The notes beneath the pieces were generated by a model, which saw only the letters and a list, made by a program, of their open reading frames with translations, did not search any database and was not told the DNA's origin. A stretch of 63,108 nucleotides of DNA, filler included, from Octopus bimaculoides (Eukaryota): assembly GCF_001194135.2 (NCBI RefSeq). It is 4 parts of 4 records of this genome, joined end to end, with 100 filler letters (N's around TTAATTAATTAA, not from the genome) between each part and the next. Parts side by side here need not be neighbours in the genome. Positions count along the whole stretch, not along the records: positions 22,996 to 42,430 come from NC_068982.1; 3 more parts are not named here. One strand, given 5' to 3'. The position numbers were made by a program, and so were the translations under genes. Positions within the stretch are counted from its first letter, which is position 1, and each line of letters begins with the position of its first letter. Positions 23,455 through 37,149 of this stretch are shown here, piece after piece.

Positions 23455-24727
23455 TTAGGTTGTCAAGACAGTTCTTGCGGTTTTTAGGCTTTAACTTCAG
23501 ATGCACATATCTCGGCTCAAACAAAACTTTATTAATCAAAATAAACACCATCAGAATCAACACACATTTGCCAACGCGAAACAAGTTTATTTATGCCAGT
23601 AGCGTAAAAATCCTGCGTTCTGGTGACGATGAAGTCGTTGAAGGCGTGTTTAGCATCGTCTTGGTTTTTGAAGCATTTCTCACGCAGGAATTTGTCGAGA
23701 TGCTTGAAAAAGTGGTAGTCGGTAGGCGAGAGGTCTGGTGAGTATGGCGGATGAAGCCCAATTCGTTCAACTTCTGCAGGGTCAGTTGTGCGACGTGCGG
23801 CCGAGCGTCATCGTGGAGAAGAATTGGTCCTTTTCTGTTGACCAATGCTGCCTGTTGTCGGAGTTTCTTATGCATTTCATCCATTTGTTGACAGTATTTC
23901 TCCGCCGTAATGGTTTCACCTGGATCCAAAAAGCTGTGGTGAATGAGACCAACCGCATATCACCAAACAGTCACCATGACCTTCTTTTGGCGCAACTTTT
24001 GCTTCGAGAAGTGCCGTGGAGCTTCGTCGGCGTCCAACCACTGAGCTGAGTTTTGCCGGTTGTCGTAAAGAATCCACTTTTCATCGCAAGTCACAATCCG
24101 GTCGGGAAACGGGTCGTTCTTGTTGCGTAAAAAAAGGGAAGACGACACTTCAAAACGGCGTTTTGTTTCTGGTTGTCGTTCAATTCGTGCGGCACCCATT
24201 TCCCAAGTATTTTTGTTTCTCCAATCTCTTTCAAGTGGTTGGAAATTGTCGTATACGTTACGTCTAATTCAGAGCCAACCTCACGAACAGTTGTGCGTGG
24301 ATTGGCTTCGACTAAGGCTCTTAGTTGATCGTTGTCAACATCCGATGGGCGACCACTACGCTTATCATGTTCAAAACTCTCGTCACCGCTACGAAATTTC
24401 TTGAACCACCATTGTGCTGTACGTTCATTAATGGTTCTTGGGCCAAACGCATCGTTGATATCGCGAGCTGTTTCTGCAGCTTTTCGGCCTAGTTTGAACT
24501 GGAATAAGAAAATTGTGCGAATTTGCTTTTTGTCCATGCTGTATTCAACGTTCCGGAAAAAATGGCCTAATTATTCAAAAAGGAAAAGTGTAACACGATT
24601 AGAAACAGCGAAAAAACGGGCTTTAAAATGATATATAAAGTCAAAGTAATTTAACGAAAATTAAATTGAAAATACATCATTTAAAACCAAAATTAAAAAT
24701 TCCGCATGAACTTTCTTGACAACCTAA
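23455..24727 (-). mobile_element. Near full-length (1273 bp) mariner DNA transposon, Hsmar1-like
   Basis: 26-bp TIRs TTAGGTTGTCAAGACAGTTCTTGCGG (23455-23480) and the reverse complement of 24702-24727 (2 mismatches); TA duplication at 23453-23454 and 24728-24729; internal mariner transposase. Confidence 0.96.
23532..24537 (-). pseudogene. Mariner D,D34D transposase, disrupted
   Basis: Stitched from ORFs 24091-24537, 23960-24199, 23591-23929 and a last frame: MDKKQIRTIFLFQFKLG..WVPHEL..TCDEKW..HDDARPH..HPPYSPDLSPTDYHFF..SRWQMCVDSDGVYFD*. Lesions are a +1 frameshift near 24165, TGG>TGA at 23960-23962, and a small frameshifting deletion near 23755. Confidence 0.93.
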
Positions 24728-27700
24728 TACAATTTGAAATCATTTGCCCATATATTGGTGTAGTATAATTGCCATCAAATATTGCCTCATGCGTGTAAAC
24801 CTTTACAATTATATTTTTTAAATTCGTAGAAACGCCATTTATAAAAATAATGAAAGTTGATAGTATTTCAGTATTTCAGGGTTAGCCCTCCCCATTCCTC
24901 AGGGCATCTTTGCGGGAAAAGACGGTATTCGTTTTTCTTGAAAGATTTTGTCCTAACCCTGAAAATATTGAAATACCAGGTAAAAGTATCAACTAGTTTT
25001 ATTTTTATAAATTCTATTGTTTTGGCTTTAAAAATTTCTAATTATAAACATTCATGTATATATACATGTATATGTGTGCGTAAGTGTGTGTGTGTTTGTG
25101 TATACATATGTGTATATATCCTTTGAGAGCCTCATAAGTGACCTGACATCTTTAATTTCGTTTACGGCATACGTTTTTGAGTATACATATAAAAGATCCT
25201 ATTTCATTATTCAGCGACGGCCTAATGATACCAACTTACAATAGCAGTTTTATAGGGTTGTAACGAGCTGTGCCGATATAATGTAGGAGGAATGTTGTAG
25301 TTGTAGTAGTAGTAGTAGTAGTAGTAGTAGTAATAATAATAATAATAATAATAATCCATAGATGAAATTTATAAGTATTTTAATGCACCGCTACGCGCAT
25401 TTTTACAAATCTCATGATTTTTAAGATCATAGTCGCATTCCTGGGATGATTACGGTGTAATCCGTAATATGTATGGACAGGTGGATCTTGCGTTCATGCG
25501 TTCATTTCATCAGGCGATATCACATTAAAGTTGGAAGCAACAAATATATAACTGAAATTTTTAACAATCAAAAGGTTCATTGTGGTATGTGGGCAGTTCT
25601 GAGTGTATTTGTTAGGGAGGAATAGAAGGTGACCGAAAGAGGGAAAGGAATGGTAATTATAAGGAGGTGAAGGAGGATGTGTGATAAAGCTAGACTTGTT
25701 TTGATATTTGCGTGCGCGCCTTTGGGATGGGTAGTATAGTTCATTTGTTTAACCTTAGTCACAGCAGGCATTTCCTCCACGAATTCAGATGTTGGGTCAA
25801 GAAGCAAACTTAGTTTTGGTATTGAAATTCATTGTCTGAGCTGACAAATGATGTTCCCTTAAGGGTAATTTTAGCTACTTCTGGTGGTACAGTGATATAG
25901 CATAAGAAGGTAATGTTTTTTGTTTAGCTTAGTTTGTTTATATGGTCTTCTCTTGTACAGTTCGATGCTAATGACGGTTAGTGTTTCTCTGTTTCATAAT
26001 GTTCTGTTCGAATTCTGGAAAGGACGCCTTGATCTTATGATTGCATGATATAATTACTTCGGAATGTCTATTAATTATGTTTTCCCTGGATGTGATGATC
26101 TTCAGGGTTTCCTCTAGACATAACATACACACCCACGATGTTCAGTTGTGTGATTTACGTTTTTAATTATAGACCAGTTGGTCGTATACTCCACTTCATT
26201 CTGTTTGAGCCTCCAGATGAGGTTAGATAATGATGTGCAGTGCCTTTTGTTTTCATTGGAAAATGACATAAGATGGTTGCACAGACGATTTTTTCATGGT
26301 GTTTCTGGTTACACCAATGTACACATATTTTAGTGCACCCGTGTATGTATATATACACACACACGCACATACACACGCGCACATACATATATTTACACAT
26401 GCACCTATATATACAAAAAAATTACGTATGTATATATTTAAATGCGTATTAAATACGTATGTATCTGTGCGTATGCAAACAATGATTTAGAAAGCAATGG
26501 AACTGCAGGTAGAATATTAAATATACATAAGAATAATTACTAAAATTCTTTTCCATACTCATTTAATAAAATTACAATATTTTGACTGATTTATACCCCC
26601 TCTCAAAAAGTAAGAGGAATAGGAGAATGTGCGTAGGTTCGCTTCTTTTCCAGGTATGTAAGCGGTGGTAAGACGTAACGGCTTCATTTGTACGTATGTT
26701 TCACACGCTGAAGTAGGTAATAGGTTATATGAATCTGCCTTCCATATTGGTACAATAATTGCTTTCTCTTGTACTTAAATGCTGCTGCTATGTTAAACCA
26801 GAACGAGTGTTTCATTGTTCGTTCCAAACATAAGTTTCCAGTACAATAAGTTGTGCGTTAGATATTTCTTACACAATGTTATTCAATCCATGTTGTGTGA
26901 AGGTCATGGTCCAAAGAAAAAGTTGGAATGACACTGAAACACCATGTTTTCCAAGAATATAATCTAGAAATAACCTTCATCGTCGCAAATAAAATAATAA
27001 CAACAAAATAAAAAGAAATAGCATGAAGTACTGCTGTCGCAATAATTTCTTTCAGTTGTCTGGATAGTAGTCAAATGCTATAAACTAAAAAATATATGCA
27101 AATGAAATAAAATGAAGGTTTGATTTCTAAATAGTTTGGAAATTGTATATTTGATCAGGTAAGCATGCAAACTTCCTTAAGATTTACAAAATAGTACAAA
27201 AAAGAAATGAGGGGTAGGGGTAAAAGTGACATCTTTGAATAAAGTTTGTATTCCGTCTATCCGACCAGCTAATGTGAAACATTTCAATGTTCCACGATAT
27301 CCAAGCATTCTGATTCAATTTTTCCTAACACTCCCTTCCTCACTTTCAAAAGACTGAGAAAATAACATTACGCTCATTTTGTTAGTATGTGCCTTCCTCC
27401 TGTTTTACAAATTCCAGATCCTTTAATTCCAAGTTTAAGAAACTGTGGTTGCCCTTCAACCAACCTCATGTTATATTAAGTGTAAACTCTGAATTGCCTT
27501 ATATGTTTGAAACGGGACGTCGTCCAGGTGACTGCTTCTGCAAGCACGTTCATAATGTTCGCAATGCCATCCCAAACAATATTCACACTAGCAACCAGAT
27601 GTTTCGCTAGGTCACTCTTTTAAGCAGATTTAATTCCATCGCCATTAATTTTTCCTCTGAGTTTTCCAGCGTCTCGAGGTATTAGTGAACGTCTTTCGCT

Positions 27701-27958
27701 TTCCTAGCCCGACTCTACGTTTACTAATAGCTAATAGCGAGATAGAAATATTCTGCGTTTAGTGGAGCGGTGTCAACTTTAAGGTTGTACCCTGTGAAAT
27801 TTATAGTTTAGCGTGTCTGACACTGTAGGCTTCTAAATAAACAGAAATATCTAATAAAATCAACATGTATAATCTTATTGTTTACATTGTCTCTTCATTG
27901 ATTGAATGTTATAATTATTTTTTTAAAAATTATTTGTCATATCAATATATTTGTCTGC

Positions 27959-28194
27959 TTAAGGCTGCGAGCTGGCAGAATCGTTAGCACGCCGGGCGAA
28001 ATGCATAGCGGTATTTCCGTCTGCTGTTACGTTCTGAGTTCAAATTCTACCGAGGTCGACTTTGCCTTTCATCCTTTCGGGGTCGATTAACTAAGTACCA
28101 TTTACGCACTGGAGTCGATGTAATCGACTTAATCCCTTTGTCTCTCCTTGTTTGTCCCCACTATGTTTAGCCCCCTGTGAGCAATAAAGAAATA
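27959..28194 (+). mobile_element. Intact tRNA-derived SINE (family A)
   Basis: A box TGGCAGAATCGTTAG, B box GAGTTCAAATTC, central GCCTTTCATCCTTTCGGGGTCGAT..AAGTACC domain (resembles the MetaSINE core, from memory); 15-bp TSD AATATATTTGTCTGC at 27944-27958 and 28195-28209. Confidence 0.9.
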
Positions 28195-29574
28195 AATATA
28201 TTTGTCTGCATGCATTTACTTTATGCATATTTCGGTATTATGTATACCTGTCATGTATTTGCGTACATCATTAACATATAAATGCACGTGGATGTATGTA
28301 TTCATATATAAGTTTATATGTACATTTATGCATTCATGTGTTTGTGTGTGTATGTGAGGGAGGCGTCTGTCTCCAAAACTCCAAAGTTGAGTAACATTTT
28401 CATGCTTGGATTTGTAAACTACGATAAGAATGGCACTGGTCAACAAAGAATTTGTCCCAAGGAAAAGAATACCTGTATCTCATATGTTTTTGCATGCAGA
28501 ATTAAAAAATAATGTCTAATTTTCTGTATCACCCACAGTTCCACGACATCCCTCTGAGTTCCTATTACGTGGGCTAAATTTCAGTTAAGCTGTTGAAATG
28601 TGAATCTAACGGTTTAAGAAATACTCCTAATTAAAATTTGTATGAATAGAATTAACCTAGTGAAATCATAATTCCAACTATCTGAATCAACGAGTCCGTG
28701 AATATATATGAAAAAATATGAAATGAACAATATGTAAAAATACTAACACAGAAAAAGCACAGAAAAATATGTAATATACTAACACAGAAAAATTAAAACA
28801 AAACACGCGGGTGAAAAAAATCTCGTGGTGTGAAGTATCAAGTGTGAAAAATCAACATAGAAGAAGTGAGCCACAACACAGCATGCGGTTGTCATGGTAA
28901 TAAACTGCTAATGCCACGCTGTCTGTTGATTGGCTAAAATACCCAAGTTTCCCAACTTTAATTCCAAATAACATCAGATTCTTTAATTTACGAGATGAAG
29001 GAATTAGTTGATCATAATCAAAATTCAGAGTTGCGTCGATACACCAAAATTGAAAGCAATCTGAGCAAAATTAAAAGGGGTTCATTTTGCGAATGAAAAA
29101 CACTAGATCCTAGCTTAATCACAGAATTCAATAGTGTGATTGGCATTTGAGGAGAAGAGAAATTGGTGGGGAATTTATTTGGTCGTGGGAGAAAAAGAAA
29201 GTATGTATGAATAAAGCACGGTAGGGTAGGGAGTTTAAGCACAGCTAGTGGTCAACGGGTGTAAATTGGTACAAGAAAACCAAAAAAAAAAACAAAAAAA
29301 AACGAAGTGGCGAAAGTGTATGTAGGAGTATGTATTATGTATTTGAACGTTTACAGTTGGAAGGGTAGGAGTGGAGGGAGTAGAAAACTAAGGAGAGAAG
29401 AATATTTTAGGTAGTAAGTAAAAATACAGATAGAAATACAGATGATTAAGGAATTAAAAGGGAAGAAAAAATATTGTTGGTTTAATACGCAGTGGTAGTG
29501 AGGAACAATGAATGGGAAAATAATATATGAGAGTTATGGGGAGACAAGGGCGGGGTGAGGTTGTAATTATTGGT

Positions 29575-30885
29575 ATTTCGAGAACACGATGTTTGCAGGT
29601 GAATATTATATTGCTGCGTTCATTGAGACAGTCCGTGGATTGCAAAATAGCCATGACCTCGGTTATACAGAGATCACACTTATTATTATATCCGCTGTAA
29701 GGTTTGGGGTGGATGATTATGGACTATTTGAGAGTGTAACGAGTTGAGTCAAACGTTAGTTTATTAATAAGTTGAGATAACGATGTACTGTTAGATTTTG
29801 TATGGGATTTGAAGCTAGAGTAGTGATTGCTCTCTTTAGCTTTGAAGGTGGTGCTACATGAGCCGATGTAAATGTAGTTGCAGTTGTTAGTTGATACTGT
29901 GCACTTATAAACTATGTTTTTAGTGAGACAGCGGTTATGTAAAGTACAGGAGGTTTGATGTCTTCAGCTACATATGTTTGTAGGCGGTGTTCCGGATGAG
30001 CTTGTGAGTGGATTGTTATTTAGTGAGGAATCGGTGTTTGGTTCGTTATTATAGTTGGTCTGAGGTTATCAATTGCTAAGGGGTTGTATGGTATGATAAT
30101 TATTGTGTCCGGTGGTATTCTCTGTGGTATTCTCTATTATAGCAGGAGGTATATTTGAGTGTTGTAGTAAATTTAATGGTTGGGTGTTAGCAATGGCACT
30201 ATACTTGTAGTTATGAGGGGGTTGTTTTGTTATGGCAATCGGTGTATTGGGTTTATATGTATGGAGTTGGGGGTTATGTTGAATTAATTTACTAGGGTGG
30301 GAGTCAGCCGTTAGTGGATTTCGCAGTTTCTTGTTGTTAAGATGTTGGGTAACTCCGACAATTTTATAGATTGGTGGTTAAATATTTTTCTAAATAGGAT
30401 GTTTTTCGAGTAGGGCGAAGAAGAGATTGGGTACTCGAGTTTGGACGTTAAGGGCAAAGGGGGAGGACCATACGATGTCTCGGGTTCTAATTCATTTAAT
30501 CCGATTAGGTGGGTTCCCTGGGTGGAGATAGGGTTTTGGATGTGTATGTTGGTGTCTGTTTAGATGGGTTGTGGTGTATATAGGATTAGGAGGTTATCTA
30601 GTAGAGAGGTGTTCGTTAGGTCGATTGCTACACCAATATTTGGGCGGGCATTTGAGGGGTGGGGTAAGGGGTTAGGTCTATTATATGGGGGTTGGGAACT
30701 GTTGTTTGGTTTGGGCTTAGTTGAGAGAGGGATGTTCCATGTGAAGATGTATTCAATTGAATGTTTACACGCCGTAGGGCACAGTTGTAGTATTCAGCAT
30801 ATTGATCGAATAAATCATGATTAGCAGATAATGAGATCCGGTAGGATACACTTTCTACAATAGGTTTTAGAACGGAGGATACACA
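29575..30885 (-). mobile_element. 5'-truncated Penelope-like retroelement: RT thumb end, linker and C-terminal GIY-YIG endonuclease (Nematis-like motif set)
   Basis: Minus-strand translation: SVLKPIVESVSYRISLSANHDLFDQYAEYYNCALRR (thumb); RDIVWS.PFALNVQT..KIFNHQSIKLS..PN (WFNPP-type linker); ICS*RHQTSCTLHNRCLTKNIVYKCTVSTNNCNYIYIGSCSTTFKAKESNHYSSF..NSTSLS..K*SI..KCDLCITE..CLNERS..CKHR (IVY-YIG, CxLC, LNxRS, CxH). Several stops are present. The clade assignment is from remembered motifs. Confidence 0.88.
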
Positions 30886-32985
30886 TGTGTATACATATGT
30901 TTAGATACATTTAAATATCTTGTCTTTGTAAATGTATAAAACAAACCCAGTGATTGATTTTGCAATATTTCATTACTTCAATCACTACACTTGTGTTACC
31001 CACACTGATATGCCATTGGTCATACTTCACCCACAAGATGTACCTGAACATATAATCGTTATTTAAGACTACACATCTTGCTGTGAGATCCAGCCAATCA
31101 CCGACACATTCTGGGAAGTTATTGTGAACCTTTTCCAGTATATATATAAATATTTTTTTTGGAACAGTGGATCTCGAAACAAATAAAGCTATAATTAATT
31201 GCGTATAAATATTGCGTTAAAAGCCATTGGATAGAAAATGTCAAAGGCTCTCTGTATGTACATGTGTGAGTGTTAGCACGTGTATGAGTATGTATGTATT
31301 TTTTGCGGTAACAAATTGACAGCTTCTAGCTGATGTGTTTGTGGATATTTGATATCTTTTATGCCAAATAATTTCTCATTTTGCATAATTGTTTTTTTTT
31401 TAACAGACATCAAGAACAGACATCACTCATTTTAGTTTTTGTGTTATTTATCTATATATCAATTTACTAGTTTATTCCTAATCATACCTCAGTAACTTAA
31501 CTCAATTAAAACTAGGTTTCTTAAAAGACACAGACAAACACAGTTTTTGTTATAATATCTGACGGTACTCACTCTAGATATCCGTGAACAAAATGATGAA
31601 ATTTACATTCCATTACAAGTCAACGAAATTATTTAAAGTAAATTTGTTTTAGTCATTGCTCGTAATTAAATATATATCATGAAAGATAATATGATATATT
31701 CAGTACATATCATCGATTTACAATTCCGCTTATTTAGTCTGTACATAACTGCGTAGCGACATTTATAATTGGATGAAAGTTTTCGCGTAAGTATGCATTT
31801 TTTATCTTTTACCTTTTTACTTGCTTTACTCATTAGACATGCTGGAGCACTACTGAAAGGATTGGTCGAACAAATCGACCCTAATGTTTTTCTATCGGTT
31901 TCTTGTTGTCGAATCACTAAGTTAGGGGACGTAAACAATTTAACACTGATTGTCAAGCGGTGGTGATACAGGCACAAAGACAAACGCGTGTTCACTCGCA
32001 CGCACACGCACGCACGCACACACACACACATACACACATACACACGTGACAGGCTTCTTTTAGTTTTCGATTATTAAATCCACTCACAAAGCTTAATAGA
32101 AGACACTTGCCCAAAGTGCCACGCTGTAGCACTGAATCCAGAACCATGTGGTTGGGAAGCGAACTTTTTACTATACAACTACGCTGTGAACCAGAAAATG
32201 GATCTCCCTAGGTTTTGAAGTTGTACAGTTTCTGTCAAATTACGTAGACGAGAAAAGTCAGAATAGAAAAGTGTACCCTTCAAGCAAATTTCAGGTTAAA
32301 TCAGCGTGTGTAGATTGTATGACATAGTCGGCCATATGAAAAACAGCTTCAGTTCATTCGACGGACTTCTCCAGTTTTTGTCTGTGCAAACTTACAAGAC
32401 TGAGATAACTGAGAAAGGATACATTCGAAAATATAGTTTAGATACTCCTAATAAGGTGAAATGGTTATGATTTGAATGCCGTTCTTTGTAAGTTTTCTCA
32501 ACGAAGGTTGATCTGGGGACATAACGACAAAAAATTTGGATGTTTTATTGATCTACCTATAGTTTATTATTTACACCGTATGTAGTTGGTAGAAATCAAA
32601 CTGAATGCTTTGTAGATTAAATGCTAGCGATTTTCAGTTATGTTCTGATTTCCGATTTAGTCGAAGTTGACATTTAATCATTCCGGGGTTGATAAAATAA
32701 TTAATATTTACGATTAAATATTCTTTTCTAATTTAGGCACAAGGCCCGAATTTTTTTTTTTGGGGGGGGGGCAGTCGATTAGATCGACTCCAGTACGCAA
32801 CTGGTACTTAATTTATCGACCCCTAAAGGATTTACGATTAAATATTATTTACTGAAATTGCATTGGGATTTCCGGGATTGTGCGAATGTAATAACTCACT
32901 TAACAAACATTGGTATTATATCTTTCTACTTTATAAAGGTTAAAAAACAGTCATTTTACATTACCATTTTAATGAGGTACGCTTT

Positions 32986-33027
<42 letters not shown>

Positions 33028-35339
33028 ATGTTTATATGACTAAATAATAGTGCGTGTATGTGTGTGTGCATGTGTGTGCGTGCGTGCGTGGGCGCGTGTT
33101 TTAAGTTGGCAGTAACAATATATCACAGATAGATAATATCAATGTGCGGCAGCGTACTCTAACCGACAAGTTACTTCACCAGTTGCTAGAGTCCCATAGT
33201 CGAGCAAGGATATCTGCTCTACAATACCATGCATTGCATACATGTTGCGAGAGAAAGGAAGTCAATGAAATCTCCCCCAGTATTTGATTAGTAATTTATT
33301 CTACCAATCTCGGAAAAATTACGAGCAAAATTAATCTTGATAGGATTTCAACTCAGAATATAAAGAGCCACAACAATAATCGCAATGCGTTTTCCGTTGC
33401 TCTAAATATCCTTTCAATCTACTGTACTAAATGTTCGAAAAATTTTATAAATTATAATGTAACTGAGTAATATGTATTGATAAAATAACCTAACATTTTA
33501 GAGAACATTATTATTACTGTTGTTGATTTGCCCTATGTAAGCCTAACTGAGCAACTTAGACGTTTCCAATCATGGTTGATTCGAATTTTTCAGATACAAT
33601 ATATCTGGAACAAAATTATTAATATGCTCTGTTAATCATTTTTTTGCTGGGTGATTGTGGATAATTGTAAGATATTGTAACTGGTCGAGCGCCTAGTTGG
33701 TTGTACTAAAAATATATTATTGCTTTCTATTCCTTACATCCAGAGAACACAGAATACCATTGAGATTAGAATTCAGTATTCAAAGTAATTATTAATGACT
33801 GAGCTAGACATCCTTCTATTACTGAAAATTCCTGATAATATTAATATTTTAAGGTAAGATGTTAACAAAATGGTAGCAGCATTCATGATGTTTTGTATCG
33901 TGGCTGGGAAGATTGAGAATAAGAAAGTTTTTGGACTTACAAATGGGGAGTGTACTCTTTTGCTTCCTTTTTTTTTTTTATCGGATTTAAGATAGGTGTC
34001 TAATGAACTATATCATGCCCAGCTGTGAGATTAAAACATTTCTGCTGCAAATCGTTAAAATAAGTACCGGACTACGGCCCAAACACTCAACTAAAAGCCT
34101 TAGAGAGCGGTAACACTGCATGGTCATATCTATTGACTGGAACCAGTCAAAGAGTAAAAACACAATTACAGATTATTAAATATAATATAATATAATATGA
34201 TGTGTGTATAAATTTCTTTTCGATGTGAAAGATATGGATTAAAGTCTAATTTTATGCCCCTTTCAGACATGTTTAGGGATATGTAATTGAAATTCTTCCT
34301 GAAACATATCAGATTGCTCGCGTAATCCAAACAAGTTGATTTCATGGTTACTAAACCAAGTTTTATGTATTCTTCTAGTTTGAGGAAAATTAAGTTAAAT
34401 ATTCCTAAAAACTTCAATCTCTAACAATGACGAAGCAAAATGTTTATATTTCCAGTATAGTTATGGACATTGTATCACTATGAAGGATAAACAGTATTTT
34501 TTTCTGCTCAATTTTACTCCAATATCACTGTCCACAATTAGTTCATGATTCTAATTTTTTCCTTGAAACGTCGTTTTGTAATGTACGTAATTACCAGTAT
34601 TGCATCATAAACTACGCGCAGTAATCACTAACTAAATTAAGCAAATTCTGATTTCAATAAGCAATAATTAGAACTATTTGCACAATAAACGTCCTGTCTT
34701 AGTGACCGTCGAGAATTATATCTAGTAAATGAAAATTAAGACGAAATTAACCTTCAGGAATATGTCTATTGATTACATCATGTCAATCTCTCAATGCGAT
34801 CCTATATCCATTCAATCATACTTCTGTCGAAACCACTTTAAAAAAAAAAATCTTTCGCAAATTATAGTATGGCTTGCAATGCGTTGCTTACCTATGCTTT
34901 TTAATTGAACTGAATTAAGCTTTGTGTTTGACAAAAAAATAATTAGAAGCCTAATAACGGTGAAATTAAGAAACCAACTCATAAATAAACGAAACCCTCG
35001 AATCCATGTCTGTACACACACACACACACACGCGCGCGCGCGCGGTCGCATGTCTGAATGTATGTATGTATGTACCCACGCGTGTATACGCGCATAGGTA
35101 CACCATGACCTATACTCACGCAGATGAGGGCCGATTCATATGATAAAGAAAGTGAACAGAATGAAATACTTATTGAAAATATTGCATATCAACGTCTTTC
35201 AATGATGGCAGGTGAATCAAACGTACTGTGGTACGCTGTAGGATATAAATAATATGACCGCTTGCTTACTGGAGAATCTGTAAGTTCGATTTAATGTTTT
35301 TCTTTCTTTAAAGTATCACCATTATAGGTATTTATAATC

Positions 35340-35610
35340 CGGTGAAATTAAGAAATCAACTCGTAAGTAAACGAAACCCTCGAATCCATCACTGTACACC
35401 CTCCCCCACAGAGTCATATATCTATGCATTTATGCATGTTTGGAGATAATCAAACCGAATTTTCATCATTTCGAACCACTCACCCAATGAATATTTCTGC
35501 CAAATTTGATGAAATTCCGTTCACTGGTTTTCCAGTAATTTTGCAAACACACAAACAGGCAAAGACGAGTGATTACAATACCCTGCTTTGGCTTACGCGC
35601 GCAGGGTAAT
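35340..35610 (-). mobile_element. Second HINE/DINE-1-like element (5' part)
   Basis: The minus strand begins ATTACCCTGCGCGCGTAAGCCAAAGCAGGGTATT (hairpin), then GTTTGTGTGTTTG..GAACGGAATTTCATCAAATTTGGC core. Confidence 0.65.
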
Positions 35611-37149
35611 GAAATTATCGTAACAATTTACGGAACACTGTTACACAGTGTTTTCTTTAAACGACAGTCTTTGATATTTATGAAGAATTTGATGACAATC
35701 GTATTTAATATCTGCTAAACTGTCATCAGATGATGTTTGCTCAAACTTTAGTTAGCAGCTCGAAGTTGTAATGATTTATGTTTGTTGGTCTCTATTTCCC
35801 TGAAGATAGAGTCTGTGGAATCGTAAAGATCAACAATCTACTTCCTTGTAGCTAACATTCTTTTGTTCTTGGTCTTGGATGTAGCATGATATAAGTTCCT
35901 AGATCAATCTTTGTCCCATACCTTTTTGTTACACATCTCATTTCTGTGGTATTTCTACGTGAGGTATTTATGTTGGGTTTAATTAGATATTTTTAATAGG
36001 GAATGCATGTTGCAATATCTCAGTCAGAATTATCATCAAACTAAGAATGCTTCCGACCAACTTGAATGCTGAGAATCTATAAGACATACATCTCTACTAA
36101 TGCCCGTCAAAATGGAATGATTCTCACTATCTTCTCTTGTACAAAAAAAAAAAAAAAAAAAATATCAGGTCAAAATTATTGTTTTACAGAAAATTTCGAT
36201 TTGATTATAGGAACAGTGATTGATACTGTAAGTTTTCAGATACCTTCTTTTATTACACAATGGTATGATATTGTTTTTCGGTTTACTTGAGAAATAACAA
36301 TTAGACAAAATTGCACATATTTTATTTTCATGAATTTGTATTAACTTCCAAGATATGGCAACTTTTCATTCGGATGATTTGTAATATATCCCGACATGTT
36401 GATGTTATAATATTCTGTACGAAATTTATCATATTTCCTGAAACGGCATTTTTTATACATTCTGTTTGTGAATATTGTTTGACTGCTTCAACAGAACTTC
36501 GAGTATCATTTAGGAAAACTGGAAGAATTAAAACAATTTCAGAAACTAAGTTTTTATTAATATTCTTCAAGTTACCAATTTTAAATCTTTAAAATATCAT
36601 TTACTATTTTTATTGGCACAATAGGTTTAAAATACTTTGAAGTGAACTTTGATAAAAATTAGGGAGTTTAACTCAGAGGTCGTAGAGCAAACTTTTATCG
36701 TAGATAATATTTACTTTAACAATTTCACACATATATATACACAAATAAAATATACATGGAAGTACATACCATGCTCTCTTGCTTTCAAAATATCCTTCAC
36801 GTAAAAAATACACATGTAAAATGATGAAAGAATGTTTGTGTGTGTGTGTGTATTTTCATTATTTTTCTTTCGTTCATTTTAATCCGCTTTCAGTTCTTGC
36901 CTTTCCTGCACTAGCTCTTATTTTTCCAACTAAAAGATAACACATTCACATACAACGCGCGCGCGTGCACACACACACTTACACACGCACATACACACGC
37001 ACACGCATAAGTGACACTTATATACACACACACACACGCCCATGTGGGCGCACACACACAAACACACATACACACACGTGTACATGTATGCATCTGCATC
37101 TATGTTTATATATGTGTCTATGAGTTACTCCATACTTTTGTAGAATACA

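Noticed and set aside
25560-26120. Possible decayed LINE 3' end (QGVLSRIRTEH on the minus strand)
   Set aside because: A single weak motif among many stops; not enough to annotate.
27389-27610. ORF containing RRPGDCFCK as a possible next Jagged DOS/EGF exon
   Set aside because: It lacks the preceding C...C...HG.C pattern and suitable splice sites; chance similarity.
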